A stretch of 64,000 nt of DNA from contig OZ024757.1 of the NCBI GenBank assembly GCA_964016885.1, forward strand, positions 2,232,001 to 2,296,000. The letters run 5' to 3'. The position numbers and the translations under genes are program-made. The notes under the pieces are model-generated. The model was not told where the DNA came from and made no database searches. It saw nothing but the letters and a program-made list of their open reading frames with translations. This document shows, piece after piece, positions 1 through 30,576 of this stretch (its first letter is position 1; every line of letters begins with the position of its first letter). Origin of the DNA: Eledone cirrhosa. Taxonomy: Eukaryota.

Positions 1-3000
1 TATAAACTCCATACACTATATATACACAATATATAAACTCAATACACTATATATACACAATATATACACTATATATAAACTCCATACACTATATATACAC
101 AATATATACACACTATATAAACTCCATAAACTATATATAAACTCCATACAGAATATATACACTATATATAAACTCCATACACTATATATACACTATATAC
201 ACTATATATAAACTCCATACACTATATATACACTATATATAATCTCAATACATTATATATAAACTCCACACACTATATATACACAATATATAAACTCCAT
301 ACACTATATATACACTATATACGCAATATATAAACTCCATACACTATATATACACAATATATAAATTCCATACACTATATATACACTATATATACACAAT
401 ATATAAACTCCATACACTATATATATACAATATATAAACTCCATACACTATATATACACAATATATAAACTCCATACACTATATATACACAATATATAAA
501 CTCCATACACTATATATACACAATATATACACAATTTATACATAATATATAAACTCCATACACTATATATACACAATATATACACAATATATAAACTCCA
601 TACACTATATATTCACAATATATACACTATATATAAACTCCATACACTATATATACACAATATATACACAATATATAAACTCCATACACTATATATACAC
701 AATATATACACAATATATAAACTCCATACACTATATATACACAATATATACACAATATATAAATTCCATACACAATATATACACAATATATAAACTCCAT
801 ACACTATATATACACAATATATACACTCTATATAAACTCCATACACTATATATACACTATATATACACAATATATAAACTCCACACACTATATATACACA
901 ATATATACACAATATATAAACTCCATATATTATATATACACTATATATACACTATATATAAACTCCATACATTATCTATACACTATATACACAATATATT
1001 AATTGCATACACTATATATACATTATATACATAATATATAAAATCCATACACAATATATACACTATATATACACAATATATAAACTCCATACACTGTATA
1101 TACACAATATATACACAATATATAAAATCCATGAATTATATATACACAATATATAAACTCCATACACTATATATACACAATATATAAACTCCATACACTA
1201 TATATACACCATATATACACAATATATAAACTCCATCCATTATATATACACACTATATATACACAATATATACACAATATATAAACTCCATACACTATAT
1301 ATACACAATATATACACAATATATAAAGTCCATACACAATATATACACTATATATAAACTCCATACTCTCTATATATATTATATACACAATATATAAACT
1401 CCATACACTATATATACACAATATATAAACTCCATACACAATATATACACAATATATAAACTCCATACACAATATATACACAATATATAAACTCCATACA
1501 CTATATATACACTATATATACACAATATATACACTACCTCTAAACTATATATACACTATATATAAACTCCATACATTATATATACACAATATATAAACTC
1601 AATACACAATATATACACTATATACACAATATATAAACTCCATACACTATATATACACTATATATAAACTCCATACACAATATATACACTATATATAAAC
1701 TCCATACACTATATATACACAATATATACACAATATATACACAATATATAAATTCCATACACTATATATAAACTCCATACACTATATATACACTATATAT
1801 AAACTCCATACATTATATATACACTAAATACACAATATATAAACTCCACACACTATATATACACAATATATTAATTCCATACACTATATATACACTATAT
1901 ACACAATATATAAACTCTTTACACTGTATATACACAATATATACACAATATATTAACTCCATACATTATATATACACAATATATACAGAATGAATAAACT
2001 CCATACACTATATATACACTATATATACACAATATATACGCAATATATACACAATATATAAACTCCATACACAATATATTCACAATATAAAAACTCCATA
2101 CACAATATATACACAATATATAAACTCCATACACTATATATACACAATATATAAACTCCATACACTATATATACACAATATATAAACTCCATATACTATA
2201 TATACACTATATATACACAATATATAAACTCCATACACTATATATACACAATATATAAACTCCATACACTATATATACACAATATATAAACTCCATACAC
2301 TATATATACACAATATATACACAATTTATACATAATATATAAACTCCATACACTATATATACACAATATATACACAATATATAAACTCCATACACTATAT
2401 ATTCACAATATATACACTTTATATAAACTCCATACACTATATATACACAATATATACACAATATATACACAATATATAAACACCATACACTATATATACA
2501 CTATATACACTATATATAAACTCCATACACTATATATACACAATATATAAACTCAATACACTATATATACACAATATATACACTATATATAAACTCCATA
2601 CACTATATATACACAATATATACACACTATATAAACTCCATAAACTATATATAAACTCCATACACAATATATACACTATATATAAACTCCATACACTATA
2701 TATCCACTATATACACTATATATAAACTCCATACACTATATATACACTATATATAATCTCAATACATTATATATAAACTCCACACACTATATATACACAA
2801 TATATAAACTCCATACACTATATATACACAATATATACACAATATATAAACTCCATACACTATATATACACAATATATACACAATATATAAACTCCATAC
2901 ACTCTATATACACAATATATAAACTCCATACACTATATATACACTATATATACACAATATATAAACTCCATACACTATATATACACTATATATAAACTCC

Positions 3001-6000
3001 ATACTCTCTATATATATTATATACACAATATATAAACTCCATACACTATATATACACAATATATAAACTCCATACACAATATATACACAATATATAAACT
3101 CCATACACAATATATACACAATATATAAACTCCATACACTATATATACACTATATATACACTATATATACACAATATATACACTACCTCTAAACTATATA
3201 TACACTATATATAAACTCCATACATTATATATACACAATATATAAACTCAATACACAATATATACACTATATACACAATATATAAACTCCATACACTATA
3301 TATACACTATATATAAACTCCATACACAAAATATACACTATATATAAACTTCATACATTATATATACACAATATATACACAATTTATACATAATATATAA
3401 ACTCCATACACTATATATACACAATATATAAACTCCATACACTATATATACACAATATATAAACTCCATACACTATATATACACAATATATAAACTCCAT
3501 ACACTATATATACACAATATATACACAATTTATACATAATATATAAACTCCATACACTATATATACACAATATATACACAATATATAAACTCCATACACT
3601 ATATATTCACAATATATACACTATATATAAACTCCATACACTATATATACACAATATATACACAATATATAAACTCCATACACTATATATACACAATATA
3701 TACACAATATATACACAATATATAAACACCATACACTATATATACACTATATACACTATATATAAACTCCATACACTATATATACACAATATATAAACTC
3801 AATACACTATATATACACAATATATACACTATATATAAACTCCATACACTATATATACACAATATATACACACTATATAAACTCCATAAACTATATATAA
3901 ACTCCATACACAATATATACACTATATATAAACTCCATACACTATATATACACTATATACACTATATATAAACTCCATACACTATATATACACTATATAT
4001 AATCTCAATACATTATATATAAACTCCACACACTATATATACACAATATATAAACACCATACACTATATATACACTATATACGCAATATATAAACTCCAT
4101 ACACCCTATATACACTATATATACACTGTATATACACAATATATACACAATATATAAACTCCATACACTATATATACACAATATATAAACTCCATACACA
4201 ATATATACACAATATATAAACTCCATACACTATATATACACTATATATACACAATATATAAACTCCATACACTATATATACACTATATATAGACAATATA
4301 TAAACTCCATACACTATATATACACAATATATACACTATATATAAACTCCATACACTATATATACACTATATATACACAATATATAAACTCCATACACTA
4401 TATATACACAATATATACAAAATATATAAACCCCATACATTATATATACACTATATATACACTATATATAAACTCCATACATTATATATACACTATATAC
4501 ACAATATATTAATTGCATACACTATATATACATTATATACATAATATATAAAATCCATACACAATATATACACTATATATACACAATATATAAACTCCAT
4601 ACACTGTATATACACAATATATACACAATATATAAACTCCATGAATTATATATACACAATATATAAACTCCATACACTCTATATACACAATATATAAACT
4701 CCATACACTATATATACACAATATATACACAATATATAAAGTCCATACACAATATATACACTATATATAAACTCCATACTCTCTATATATATTATATACA
4801 CAATATATAAACTCCATACACTATATATACACAATATATAAACTCCATACACAATATATACACAATATATAAACTCCATACACAATATATACACAATATA
4901 TAAACTCCATACACTATATATACACTATATATACACAATATATACACTACCTCTAAACTATATATACACTATATATAAACTCCATACATTATATATACAC
5001 AATATATAAACTCAATACACAATATATACACTATATACACAATATATAAACTCCATACACTATATATACACTATATATAAACTCCATACACAAAATATAC
5101 ACTATATATAAACTTCATACATTATATATACACAATATATACACAATTTATACATAATATATAAACTCCATACACTATATATACACAATATATAAACTCC
5201 ATACACTATATATACACAATATATAAACTCCATACACTATATATACACAATATATACACAATTTATACATAATATATAAACTCCATACACTATATATACA
5301 CAATATATACACAATATATAAACTCCATACACTATATATTCACAATATATACACTATATATAAACTCCATACACTATATATACACAATATATACACAATA
5401 TATAAACTCCATACACTATATATACACAATATATACACAATATATACACAATATATAAACACCATACACTATATATACACTATATACACTATATATAAAG
5501 TCCATACACTATATATACACAATATATAAACTCAATACACTATATATACACAATATATACACTATATATAAACTCCATACACTATATATACACAATATAT
5601 ACACACTATATAAACTCCATAAACTATATATAAACTCCATACACAATATATACACTATATATAAACTCCATACACTATATATACACTATATACACTATAT
5701 ATAAACTCCATACACTATATATACACTATATATAATCTCAATACATTATATATAAACTCCACACACTATATATACACAATATATAAACACCATACACTAT
5801 ATATACACTATATACGCAATATATAAACTCCATACACCCTATATACACTATATATACACTGTATATACACAATATATACACAATATATAAACTCCATACA
5901 CTATATATACACAATATATACACAATATATAAACTCCATACACAATATATACACAATATATAAACTCCATACACTATATATACACTATATATACACAATA

Positions 6001-9000
6001 TATAAACTCCATACACTATATATACACTATATATACACAATATATAAACTCCATACACTATATATACACAATATATACACTATATATAAACTCCATACAC
6101 TATATATACACTATATATACACAATATATAAACTCCATACACTATATATACACAATATATAGACAATATATAAACCCCATACATTATATATACACTATAT
6201 ATACACTATATATAAACTGCATACATTATATATACACTATATACACAATATATTAATTGCATACACTATATATACATTATATACATAATATATAAAATCC
6301 ATACACAATATATACACTATATATACACAATATATAAACTCCATACACTGTATATACACAATATATACACAATATATAAACTCCATGAATTATATATACA
6401 CAATATATAAACTCCATACACTCTATATACACAATATATAAACTCCATACACTATATATACACAATATATAAACTCCATCCATTATATATACACACTATA
6501 TATACACAATATATACACAATATATAAACTCCATACACTATATATACACAATATATACACAATATATAAAGTCCATACACAATATATACACTATATATAA
6601 ACTCCATACTCTCTATATATATTATATACACAATATATAAACTCCATACACTATATATACACAATATATAAACTCCATACATAATATATACACAATATAT
6701 AAACTCCATACACAATATATACACAATATATACACTATATATACACAATATATACACTACCTCTAAACTATATATACACTATATATAAACTCCATACATT
6801 ATATATACACAATATATAAACTCAATACACAATATATACACTATATACACAATATATAAACTCCATACACTATATATACACTATATATAAACTCCATACA
6901 CAATATATACACTATATATAAACTTCATACATTATATATACACTAAATACACAATATATAAACTCCACACACTATATATACACAATATATAAACTCCATA
7001 CACTATATATACACTATATATACACAATATATAAACTCCATACACTATATATACACAATATATACACAATATATAAACTCCATACACTATATATACACTA
7101 TATATACACAATATATACACAATATATAAACACCATACACTATATATACACAATATATAAACTCCATACACTATATATACACATTATATACACTATATAC
7201 ACTATATATAAACTCCATGCACTATATATACACTATATATAAACACCATACACTATATATACACTATATACACTATATATAAACTCCATACACTATATAT
7301 ACACAATATATACACAATATATACACAATATATAAACTCCATACACTATATAAACACAATATATACACTATATATACACAATATATACACAATATATAAA
7401 CTCCATACACTATATATACACTATATATATACACAATATATAAACTCCATACACAATATATACACAATATATAAACTCCATAGACTATATATACACAATA
7501 TATACACAATATATAAACTCCATACACAATATATACACAGTATATAAACTCCATACACTATATATACACTATATATACACAATATATAAACTCCATACAC
7601 AATATATACACAATATATAAACTCCATACACAATATATACACAGTATATACACAATATATTAATTCCATACACTATATATACACAATATATACACAATAT
7701 ATAAACTCCATACATTATATATACACAATATAAAAGGGCGGTGGATTGGCAGTATCGGTAGAGGGTCGGACGCCATGCTTTCCAGCATAGTTACGTCCCT
7801 TTACGATCTGAGTTCAAATCCCGCCGAGGTTGACTTTGCCTTTCATCCTTACGGGGTCGATAAAATAAAGTACCAGTAATACACTGGGTAATTGCTGGCC
7901 TTGTGCCTAAAGTAGAAACAATTATATATACACAATATATACACAATATATACACTATATATAAACTCCATACACTATATATACACAATATATACACACT
8001 ATATAAACTCCATAAACTATATATAAACTCCATACACAATATATACACTATATATAAACTCCATACACTATATATACACTATATACTCTATATATAAACT
8101 CCATACACTATATATACACTATATATAATCTCAATACATTATATATAAACTCCACACACTATATATACACAATATATAAACACCATACACTATATATACA
8201 CTATATACGCAATATATAAACTCCATACACTGTATATACACAATATATACACAATATATAAACTCCATGAATTATATATACACAATATATAAACTCCATA
8301 CACTCTATATACACAATATATAAACTCCATACACTATATATACACAATATATACACAATATATAAAGTCCATACACAATATATACACTATATATAAACTC
8401 CATACTCTCTATATATATTATATACACAATATATAAACTCCATACACTATATATACACAATATATAAACTCCATACACAATATATACACAATATATAAAC
8501 TCCATACACAATATATACACAATATATAAACTCCATACACTATATATACACTATATATACACAATATATACACTACCTCTAAACTATATATACACTATAT
8601 ATAAACTCCATACATTATATATACACAATATATAAACTCAATACACAATATATACACTATATACACAATATATAAACTCCATACACTATATATACACTAT
8701 ATATAAACTCCATACACAAAATATACACTATATATAAACTTCATACATTATATATACACAATATATACACAATTTATACATAATATATAAACTCCATACA
8801 CTATATATACACAATATATAAACTCCATACACTATATATACACAATATATAAACTCCATACACTATATATACACAATATATACACAATTTATACATAATA
8901 TATAAACTCCATACACTATATATACACAATATATACACAATATATAAACTCCATACACTATATATTCACAATATATACACTATATATAAACTCCATACAC

Positions 9001-9460
9001 TATATATACACAATATATACACAATATATAAACTCCATACACTATATATACACAATATATACACAATATATACACAATATATAAACACCATACACTATAT
9101 ATACACTATATACACTATATATAAACTCCATACATTATATATACACAATATATAAACTCAATACACTATATATACACAATATATACACTATATATAAACT
9201 CCATACACTATATATACACAATATATACACACTATATAAACTCCATAAACTATATATAAACTCCATACACAATATATACACTATATATAAACTCCATACA
9301 CTATATATACACTATATACACTATATATAAACTCCATACACTATATATACACTATATATAATCTCAATACATTATATATAAACTCCACACACTATATATA
9401 CACAATATATAAACACCATACACTATATATACACTATATACGCAATATATAAACTCCATA
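1..9460. repeat. AT-rich compound minisatellite (TATATAAACTCCATACAC / TATATACACAA / TATATATACAC modules) with ~1.7-1.8 kb higher-order repeat
   Basis: Continuous short modules. The rare variant CACTACCTCTAAACT recurs at ~1532, 3181, 4946, 6756 and 8571. Confidence 0.95.
7734..7923 (+). mobile_element. tRNA-derived SINE (Meta-domain-like, octopus-type) inserted in the minisatellite
   Basis: A-box-like TGGCAGTATCGG, B-box GAGTTCAAATCC, core GACTTTGCCTTTCATCCTTACGGGGTCGATAAAATAAAGTACCAG and tail GGCCTTGTGCCTAAAGTAGAAAC. Several homologs occur in the window. Confidence 0.9.
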
Positions 9461-9660
9461 NNNNNNNNNNNNNNNNNNNNNNNNNNNNNNNNNNNNNNNN
9501 NNNNNNNNNNNNNNNNNNNNNNNNNNNNNNNNNNNNNNNNNNNNNNNNNNNNNNNNNNNNNNNNNNNNNNNNNNNNNNNNNNNNNNNNNNNNNNNNNNNN
9601 NNNNNNNNNNNNNNNNNNNNNNNNNNNNNNNNNNNNNNNNNNNNNNNNNNNNNNNNNNNN
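9461..9660. other. Assembly gap (200 N)
   Basis: Run of N. Confidence 1.
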
Positions 9661-10531
9661 GCAAACTCCAAGCCCTACAATACAAACCTGCAAACACAAA
9701 CACAAATATAGCGGAACACAGCTACACAGGACCAGGAGGGACCGATATCCCCGTGTCAAAATCGATACGAGACCTGGGCATAGACATGAGCGATGATGCA
9801 TCTTTTTCTTCACACATCATGAAGGTGGCGACAGCATGTAGACGATTCGCTGGCTGGATCTTGAGGACTTTCCTTACAAGAGATCGAGACACCATGTTGA
9901 CACTGTGGAGGACTTTTGTCCTAAGCCGCCTGGACTACTGCTCCCAGCTGTGGTCACCCCATAGTGTCAAACTAACCACGGAGCTTGAGGCAATCCAGCG
10001 AAGCTACACCAAGAGGATTGCCAAGATGAGGGAGACAAGCTACTGGGAGAGGCTGAAGGAACTGAACCTCTACTCCTTGGAGCGAAGACGGGAGAGATAC
10101 GCAGTGATCTACATGTGGAAAATCCTGGAGGGACTAGCACCAAACTTTGGCATTGGGAGCTGGACCAACCGTCGAACAGGACGTCACTGTGTGGTGCCAA
10201 AGGTCCCGTCTTCCACATCTAGAATAAGGAGCAGGTATTGCAATAGCCTGGGATTCAAGGGCCCTCAACTCTTCAACAGGCTGCCGAGGCATCTGCGAGA
10301 CTTGCATGACGTGGAGGTGGATGTCTTTAAGAAACATCTCGACACCTTGTTATCCAGGATCCCGGATGAGCCCACAGCAAGACACGAGGGAAACCTAAGG
10401 GCAGCAGCAACAAACTCCCTCCTACACCAGTGGCCAACCTATACAGGCTGGAAATAAAATGTGTAGCAACAAGGGCGGTGCCCCAGCATGGCCTCAGCCG
10501 GATGGCTGAAACAGGTAAAAGAGTAAAAGAG
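9661..10531 (+). mobile_element. 3' part of a CR1/Jockey-group LINE (ORF2 C-terminus plus 3' UTR), cut by the gap
   Basis: ORF 9753-10457 has RDLG, SRLDYCSQLWSP, LEAIQR, LYSLERRRER and FKKHLD..L..IPDEP, and is homologous to the C-terminus of ORF 15895-18915. The frame is open back to the gap and the element ends at (TA)n. Confidence 0.92.
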
Positions 10532-24976
<14,445 letters not shown>

Positions 24977-25586
24977 GGTGGCTGCCAACTCGTTTTCGAG
25001 TACGGCCACTACTTTATATCCATGTAGGAGAACCCCTACCGATGCGCTGAACGAGTGTGACTTTTTAGTCCGGCCAGTGACTTGAAAACTTTGGTACAAA
25101 CACTACACTTGTGACAGTTATTGACACATAGTGCTGGGCCCATGGTACCATGTGACGACAAGTGCAGAGAGATCTCCAGATATAAACCAATGCCTGTGCC
25201 GTGAAGCTTTTATAGTGAGCAAAGGCACTGCACAAAGCCATTCCCACTCTCTTAACCAAGATGATATTTACCAAAAAGAAGAACAAGTCAACATCATTGG
25301 ATATCATCAGGGTTGCAGGTGTTACATCAGAGTTTTCTTTCTCCTAGAATTCTGCCTTGACAAAGGCTAAGGGGTCATCTCTCCCAGTGATTTTGGATGG
25401 CCATTGACTCTTAAGAGCTCCTTTGCCCTTTGACAGGTTTTGTTTTTAGTCCTGCAGGATGTCCAAAGTCACCCTCCTCACCAAGAAGCCTTGGTGGGGT
25501 TGCCAGTTTAGTCGCCAACGACCCGACCATGGGACAGGTTGTACTGGGATACATGTTACCAGTAGCACCAACTGGTGACCTGACAT
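24977..25586 (-). mobile_element. Non-autonomous, internally deleted RTE-derived element (~610 bp), copy 1
   Basis: Minus strand 25107-25036 reads [23 protein letters not shown], resembling the C2H2 finger at the end of many RTE ORFs. A second copy follows in tandem and both are flanked by TA repeats. Confidence 0.7.
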
Positions 25587-25701
25587 AATATATACATACA
25601 TACATACATATACATACATACACATACATATATATATACATACATATATACATACATACATATATATACATATATACATACATATATACATACATACGTA
25701 T

Positions 25702-25748
<47 letters not shown>

Positions 25749-25757
25749 CATACATAC

Positions 25758-25808
<51 letters not shown>

Positions 25809-25817
25809 CATACATAC

Positions 25818-25852
<35 letters not shown>

Positions 25853-25943
25853 CATACATATATTCATACATATATACATATATATATACATACATACATA
25901 CATATATATATATATACATACATATATATATATATACATACAT

Positions 25944-26553
25944 GGTGGCTGCCAACTCGTTTTCGAGTACGGCCACTACTTTATATCCATGTAGGAGAAC
26001 CCCTACCGATGCGCAAAACAAGTGTGACGTTTTAGTCCAGCCAGCGACTTGAAAACTCTGGTACAAACACTACACTTGTGATAATTATTGACACATTGTG
26101 CTGGGCCCATGGTACCATGTGACGACAAGTGAAGAGAGATCTCCAGATATAAAGAAATGCCTGTGCTGTGAAGCTTTTATAGTGAGCAAAGGCACTGCAC
26201 AAAGCCAGTCCCACTCTCTTAACCAAGATGATATTTACCAAAAAGAAGAACAAGTCAACATCATTGGATACCATCAGAGTTGCAGGTGTTATATCAGAGT
26301 TTTCCTTCTCCTAGAATTCTGCCTTGACAAAGGCTAAGGGGTCATCTCTCCCGGTGATTTTGGATGGCCATTGACGCTTAAGAGCTCCTTTGCCCTTTGA
26401 CAGGTTTTGTTTTTAATCCTGCAGGATGTCCAAAGTCACCCTCCTCACCAAGAAACGTTGGTGGGGTTGCCAGTTTAGTCGCCAACGACCCGACCATGAG
26501 ACAGGTTGTACTGGGATAAATGTTACCAGTAGCACCAACTGGTGACCTGACAT
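25944..26553 (-). mobile_element. Non-autonomous RTE-derived element, copy 2
   Basis: Colinear with copy 1 with scattered substitutions. The finger reads [23 protein letters not shown]. Confidence 0.7.
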
Positions 26554-26604
26554 ATATATATACATGCATACATACATATATACATACATATATATATATA
26601 CATA

Positions 26605-27419
<815 letters not shown>

Positions 27420-27724
27420 CATACATATATATATACATACATATATATATACATACATATATATATACATACATACATATATATATACATACATACATAT
27501 ATATATACATACATATATATATATACATACACATATATATATACATACATATATATATACATACATATATATATATACATACATATATATATACATACAT
27601 ACATATATATATACATACATACATATATATATACATATATACATATATATATATACATCCATATATAGAGATACATATAGTGACGAAACATAAGTCAATT
27701 GCATGAACTCATAATCCTTTATTT

Positions 27725-27780
27725 ACTGCTATATATATTTCGATGACAGCCATTGAATGGCTATGACCTCATCAGGCAGT
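27725..27780 (-). ncRNA. Type I hammerhead ribozyme motif (PLE-associated)
   Basis: Minus strand: actgc CTGATGA ggtcatagccat-tca-atggctgtcatc GAAA tatata TA gcagt, followed by AATAAA. Confidence 0.8.
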
Positions 27781-28944
27781 TAGTCAGTTCTTCGATATGC
27801 CAGCTCTGTGTTTATAGTGTTGATGGTATCAGCACCTTGGGACATATGAGCTTGTTAGGAATCCTTTGATGTTGTCAGCAGGAATAGTCTTAATTCTCAT
27901 CGGTCAGTTTGTAGGTGCTAGTAGGGTTGGTATTTGACCTCAAAGAGGCAGGTGGTGTTGTAAAGTTCAAACCGTCAGGCAAGATGACAATAGTTCCATA
28001 TGACTGATTTTCACAAAAAGCATTCCTGGTCAGATATATATTCAATTAAGGTTAATAGTATGAAATAGATACTACAGGTCATTCTTAAATTATGGTTGGA
28101 GTAGAAAATTTACAAGTAAAAAGACTTATATAGGTTGACTTGCACATATACTCACACCCACCTCCACACACACACACACACATTCACACATACAAAATGA
28201 GGAATTAGTGTTGGGTGGTAATACTTAAAATAATGGTTAGAGTTAAATACTTAGAAAGTTTAGAAATTTTAGAAATAAGAAGACTTATGTTGGTTGACTT
28301 GTACATACACTCACACCTACCCCCTCAGACACACACATATCTACACACACAAATCCATACAGGTGTATATACATATATATATATATACATACATATATAT
28401 TAATTTTATTTAGACATTAAAAAACATTCTACATGACCACGAAAGTACATTACTAGAGATCCCATATGTTATAAAATAAATAGGATGGGTTGGGGTCTCA
28501 ATATGTAAACTAAACGACTAATTCTGGTTTTTAAAAAGTCAAGGGAGACAACCTAGAAAAATTGTCGATTTTCCATCCCTGCCCTCGTTTACTCCCCCCC
28601 CCATTTCTACCACCCACCACCCGTTTATTCTAACCTCCCTATTGCTTAGGACCCGAGAATAAATGGTACACATACATACACACACACTTCAACAGCATTC
28701 TAATAAAAATTACTTGTATGGGTAATCAAAGTATGTATATTTTTTGGGGACACACTGTACCCACACTGTACACATATATATATCACTATATCTAACATAT
28801 TACCATGATATTCCTTAACTCAGTTTTCTTGTGTCGCTCAACTAGGTTAAACTTCCTCCAGGTTCGGATGAAGCTTTTTATTTCAGTTAAATATGTTTTA
28901 TTAATGAAATAAAAATGGTAAACAAATCTATTTCAAATAACATT

Positions 28945-29410
28945 ACAGATATCTAAAGACGGAAAACGAATGGAAGAGCAAGGACTTTAGGGTCACAGAA
29001 GAATGGGAGGGAGGAAGAGGAGGGTGATGGGCTATAGGTCTAGGCTGAGGGTGGTGTTGGGGCTGAACCCCGCGGACAAGACAGCAAAAGCATTTCACGG
29101 AAAATAGCCAGCGACACTCGCTGCATGCAATAGCCACCCAACATCGCGGGGCTCCTTCTTCAAACGGGTTGCTGACTTTCAGATCTTGCGGAGCAGCTCA
29201 GCAGTACGGGGTCCAAGTACCCCTGAGATCTCGACGGCGACCAGTGCGAAGAGGAAGTGGCTGGACAATCCCCGGTATTTGTTGGTTTTCCTTTCCTCTT
29301 TATTGCGGGACGCAGCACCGGGGTTTGTGACCAAAGCGACTAAGTCGGAGGCGGAGAACGTGTCGCAACATGTGGCGTCCCAGATGAGGGATCCACCTTC
29401 TTCGAATCCG
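28945..29410 (-). mobile_element. 3' fragment of a CRE-like non-LTR element (RLE domain), degenerate
   Basis: Minus strand reads FEEGGSLIWDATCCDTFSAS...AASRNKEERKTNKYRGLSSHFLFALVAVEISGVLGP, matching the WD.T..DT / K..KY / E..G..G RLE pattern, with an in-frame stop. Confidence 0.7.
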
Positions 29411-29714
29411 TTTAATATAAATATTAACTAACCTGACAGACTTCATCCTCTGATATGTTGGGTGGAGCATAGAAATAGTGTAGTACTTTAGCAAACCGGT
29501 GGATACTTGATACAGGCTAAAGACAAACAGAAATAAACCCAGGTCTCAATAAACACACACCTATTTCCTGACTTATGCAAATAAGTTTTCAACGGAAGTG
29601 AAACTTTGAGTTGTAAACTTCCTCTAAATATACAATAAACTTCAATTGAAACGGTTAATTGAATTTCCATATAGATTACGGAAATTCTAGAGTTTATTTA
29701 CAGCAAGACCAACT

Positions 29715-29830
29715 TTCAGTGGTTAAAGCATTCAGCTGGAGTTAGAGAGACAGAGAGTTCGATTCTCTGTTGGAACTGCTCGCCACTTTTTCCCGTCTAT
29801 AGGGGTCTTTTACCCGTTATTCTAAGCTAT
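29715..29830 (+). mobile_element. Degenerate tRNA-related SINE head
   Basis: CAGTGGTTAAAGC ... GAGAGTTCGATTCTCT resemble tRNA D and T arms. No complete cloverleaf. Confidence 0.35.
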
Positions 29831-29903
29831 TATTTATAGCAGTTGATTGTGGTTGCAGTTATTTTCCGCATTTCGGATGGCCACATTTTCTAAGACTATA
29901 TAA

Positions 29904-29965
<62 letters not shown>

Positions 29966-30056
29966 GTGTGTGTCTCTGTGTGTGTGTATATATATATATA
30001 TAATAATAATAAAATAACAGGAGGCTAGACTTGTGTAAATCATTGAAAGGTTTATT

Positions 30057-30114
30057 ATACTATGATCATTTCAATGACCGGGTTCCGTATGAATCCGGTG
30101 ATATCATCAGGTAT
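30057..30114 (-). ncRNA. Type I hammerhead ribozyme motif
   Basis: Minus strand: atac CTGATGA tatcaccggattc-atacg-gaacccggtcatt GAAA tgatca TA gtat, followed by AATAAA. Confidence 0.75.
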
Positions 30115-30338
30115 TCGAAATATAATAAATGAATGTAACAGATAAAATCCATGGGGCTGAAAATGTGTTTATTTATATATATATATATTGTTATACTTTG
30201 GGAGGGTCATGTTGCCAATAAGAAACACACGCACCAGTTGCTTTCACTTCAATTTATTATAATAAATTTATAAATTTAGGAATTTATAAATTTCCGGTTG
30301 GTTGGTTGGTTCCACAAACAGATGATTGTTTATATATT

Positions 30339-30381
30339 GTCAAAGTTCTTTCGTCACACATTCTGTGACCTCTTCAGTGAC
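30339..30381 (-). ncRNA. Minimal type I hammerhead motif (left palindrome arm)
   Basis: Reverse complement of the motif at 30534-30576. Confidence 0.7.
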
Positions 30382-30533
30382 TGGGGATTCTTTTCTTTGT
30401 TCTTGTGCGCTCCTTTGTCTGTCCTACGCCATCTTGTTTTTGTGTGTGTGTTGTGTGCACACAACACACACACAAAAACAAGATGGCGTAGGACAGACAA
30501 AGGAGCGCACAAGAACAAAGAAAAGAATCCCCA

Positions 30534-30576
30534 GTCACTGAAGAGGTCACAGAATGTGTGACGAAAGAACTTTGAC
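30534..30576 (+). ncRNA. Minimal type I hammerhead motif (right palindrome arm)
   Basis: gtca CTGAAGA g gtcaca-gaatg-tgtgac GAAA gaac TT tgac. Confidence 0.7.

Noticed and set aside
29715-29790. tRNA gene
   Set aside because: Only D- and T-arm-like boxes are present, with no acceptor stem or credible anticodon arm. The same applies to the B-box-like sequence at ~39928-39950.
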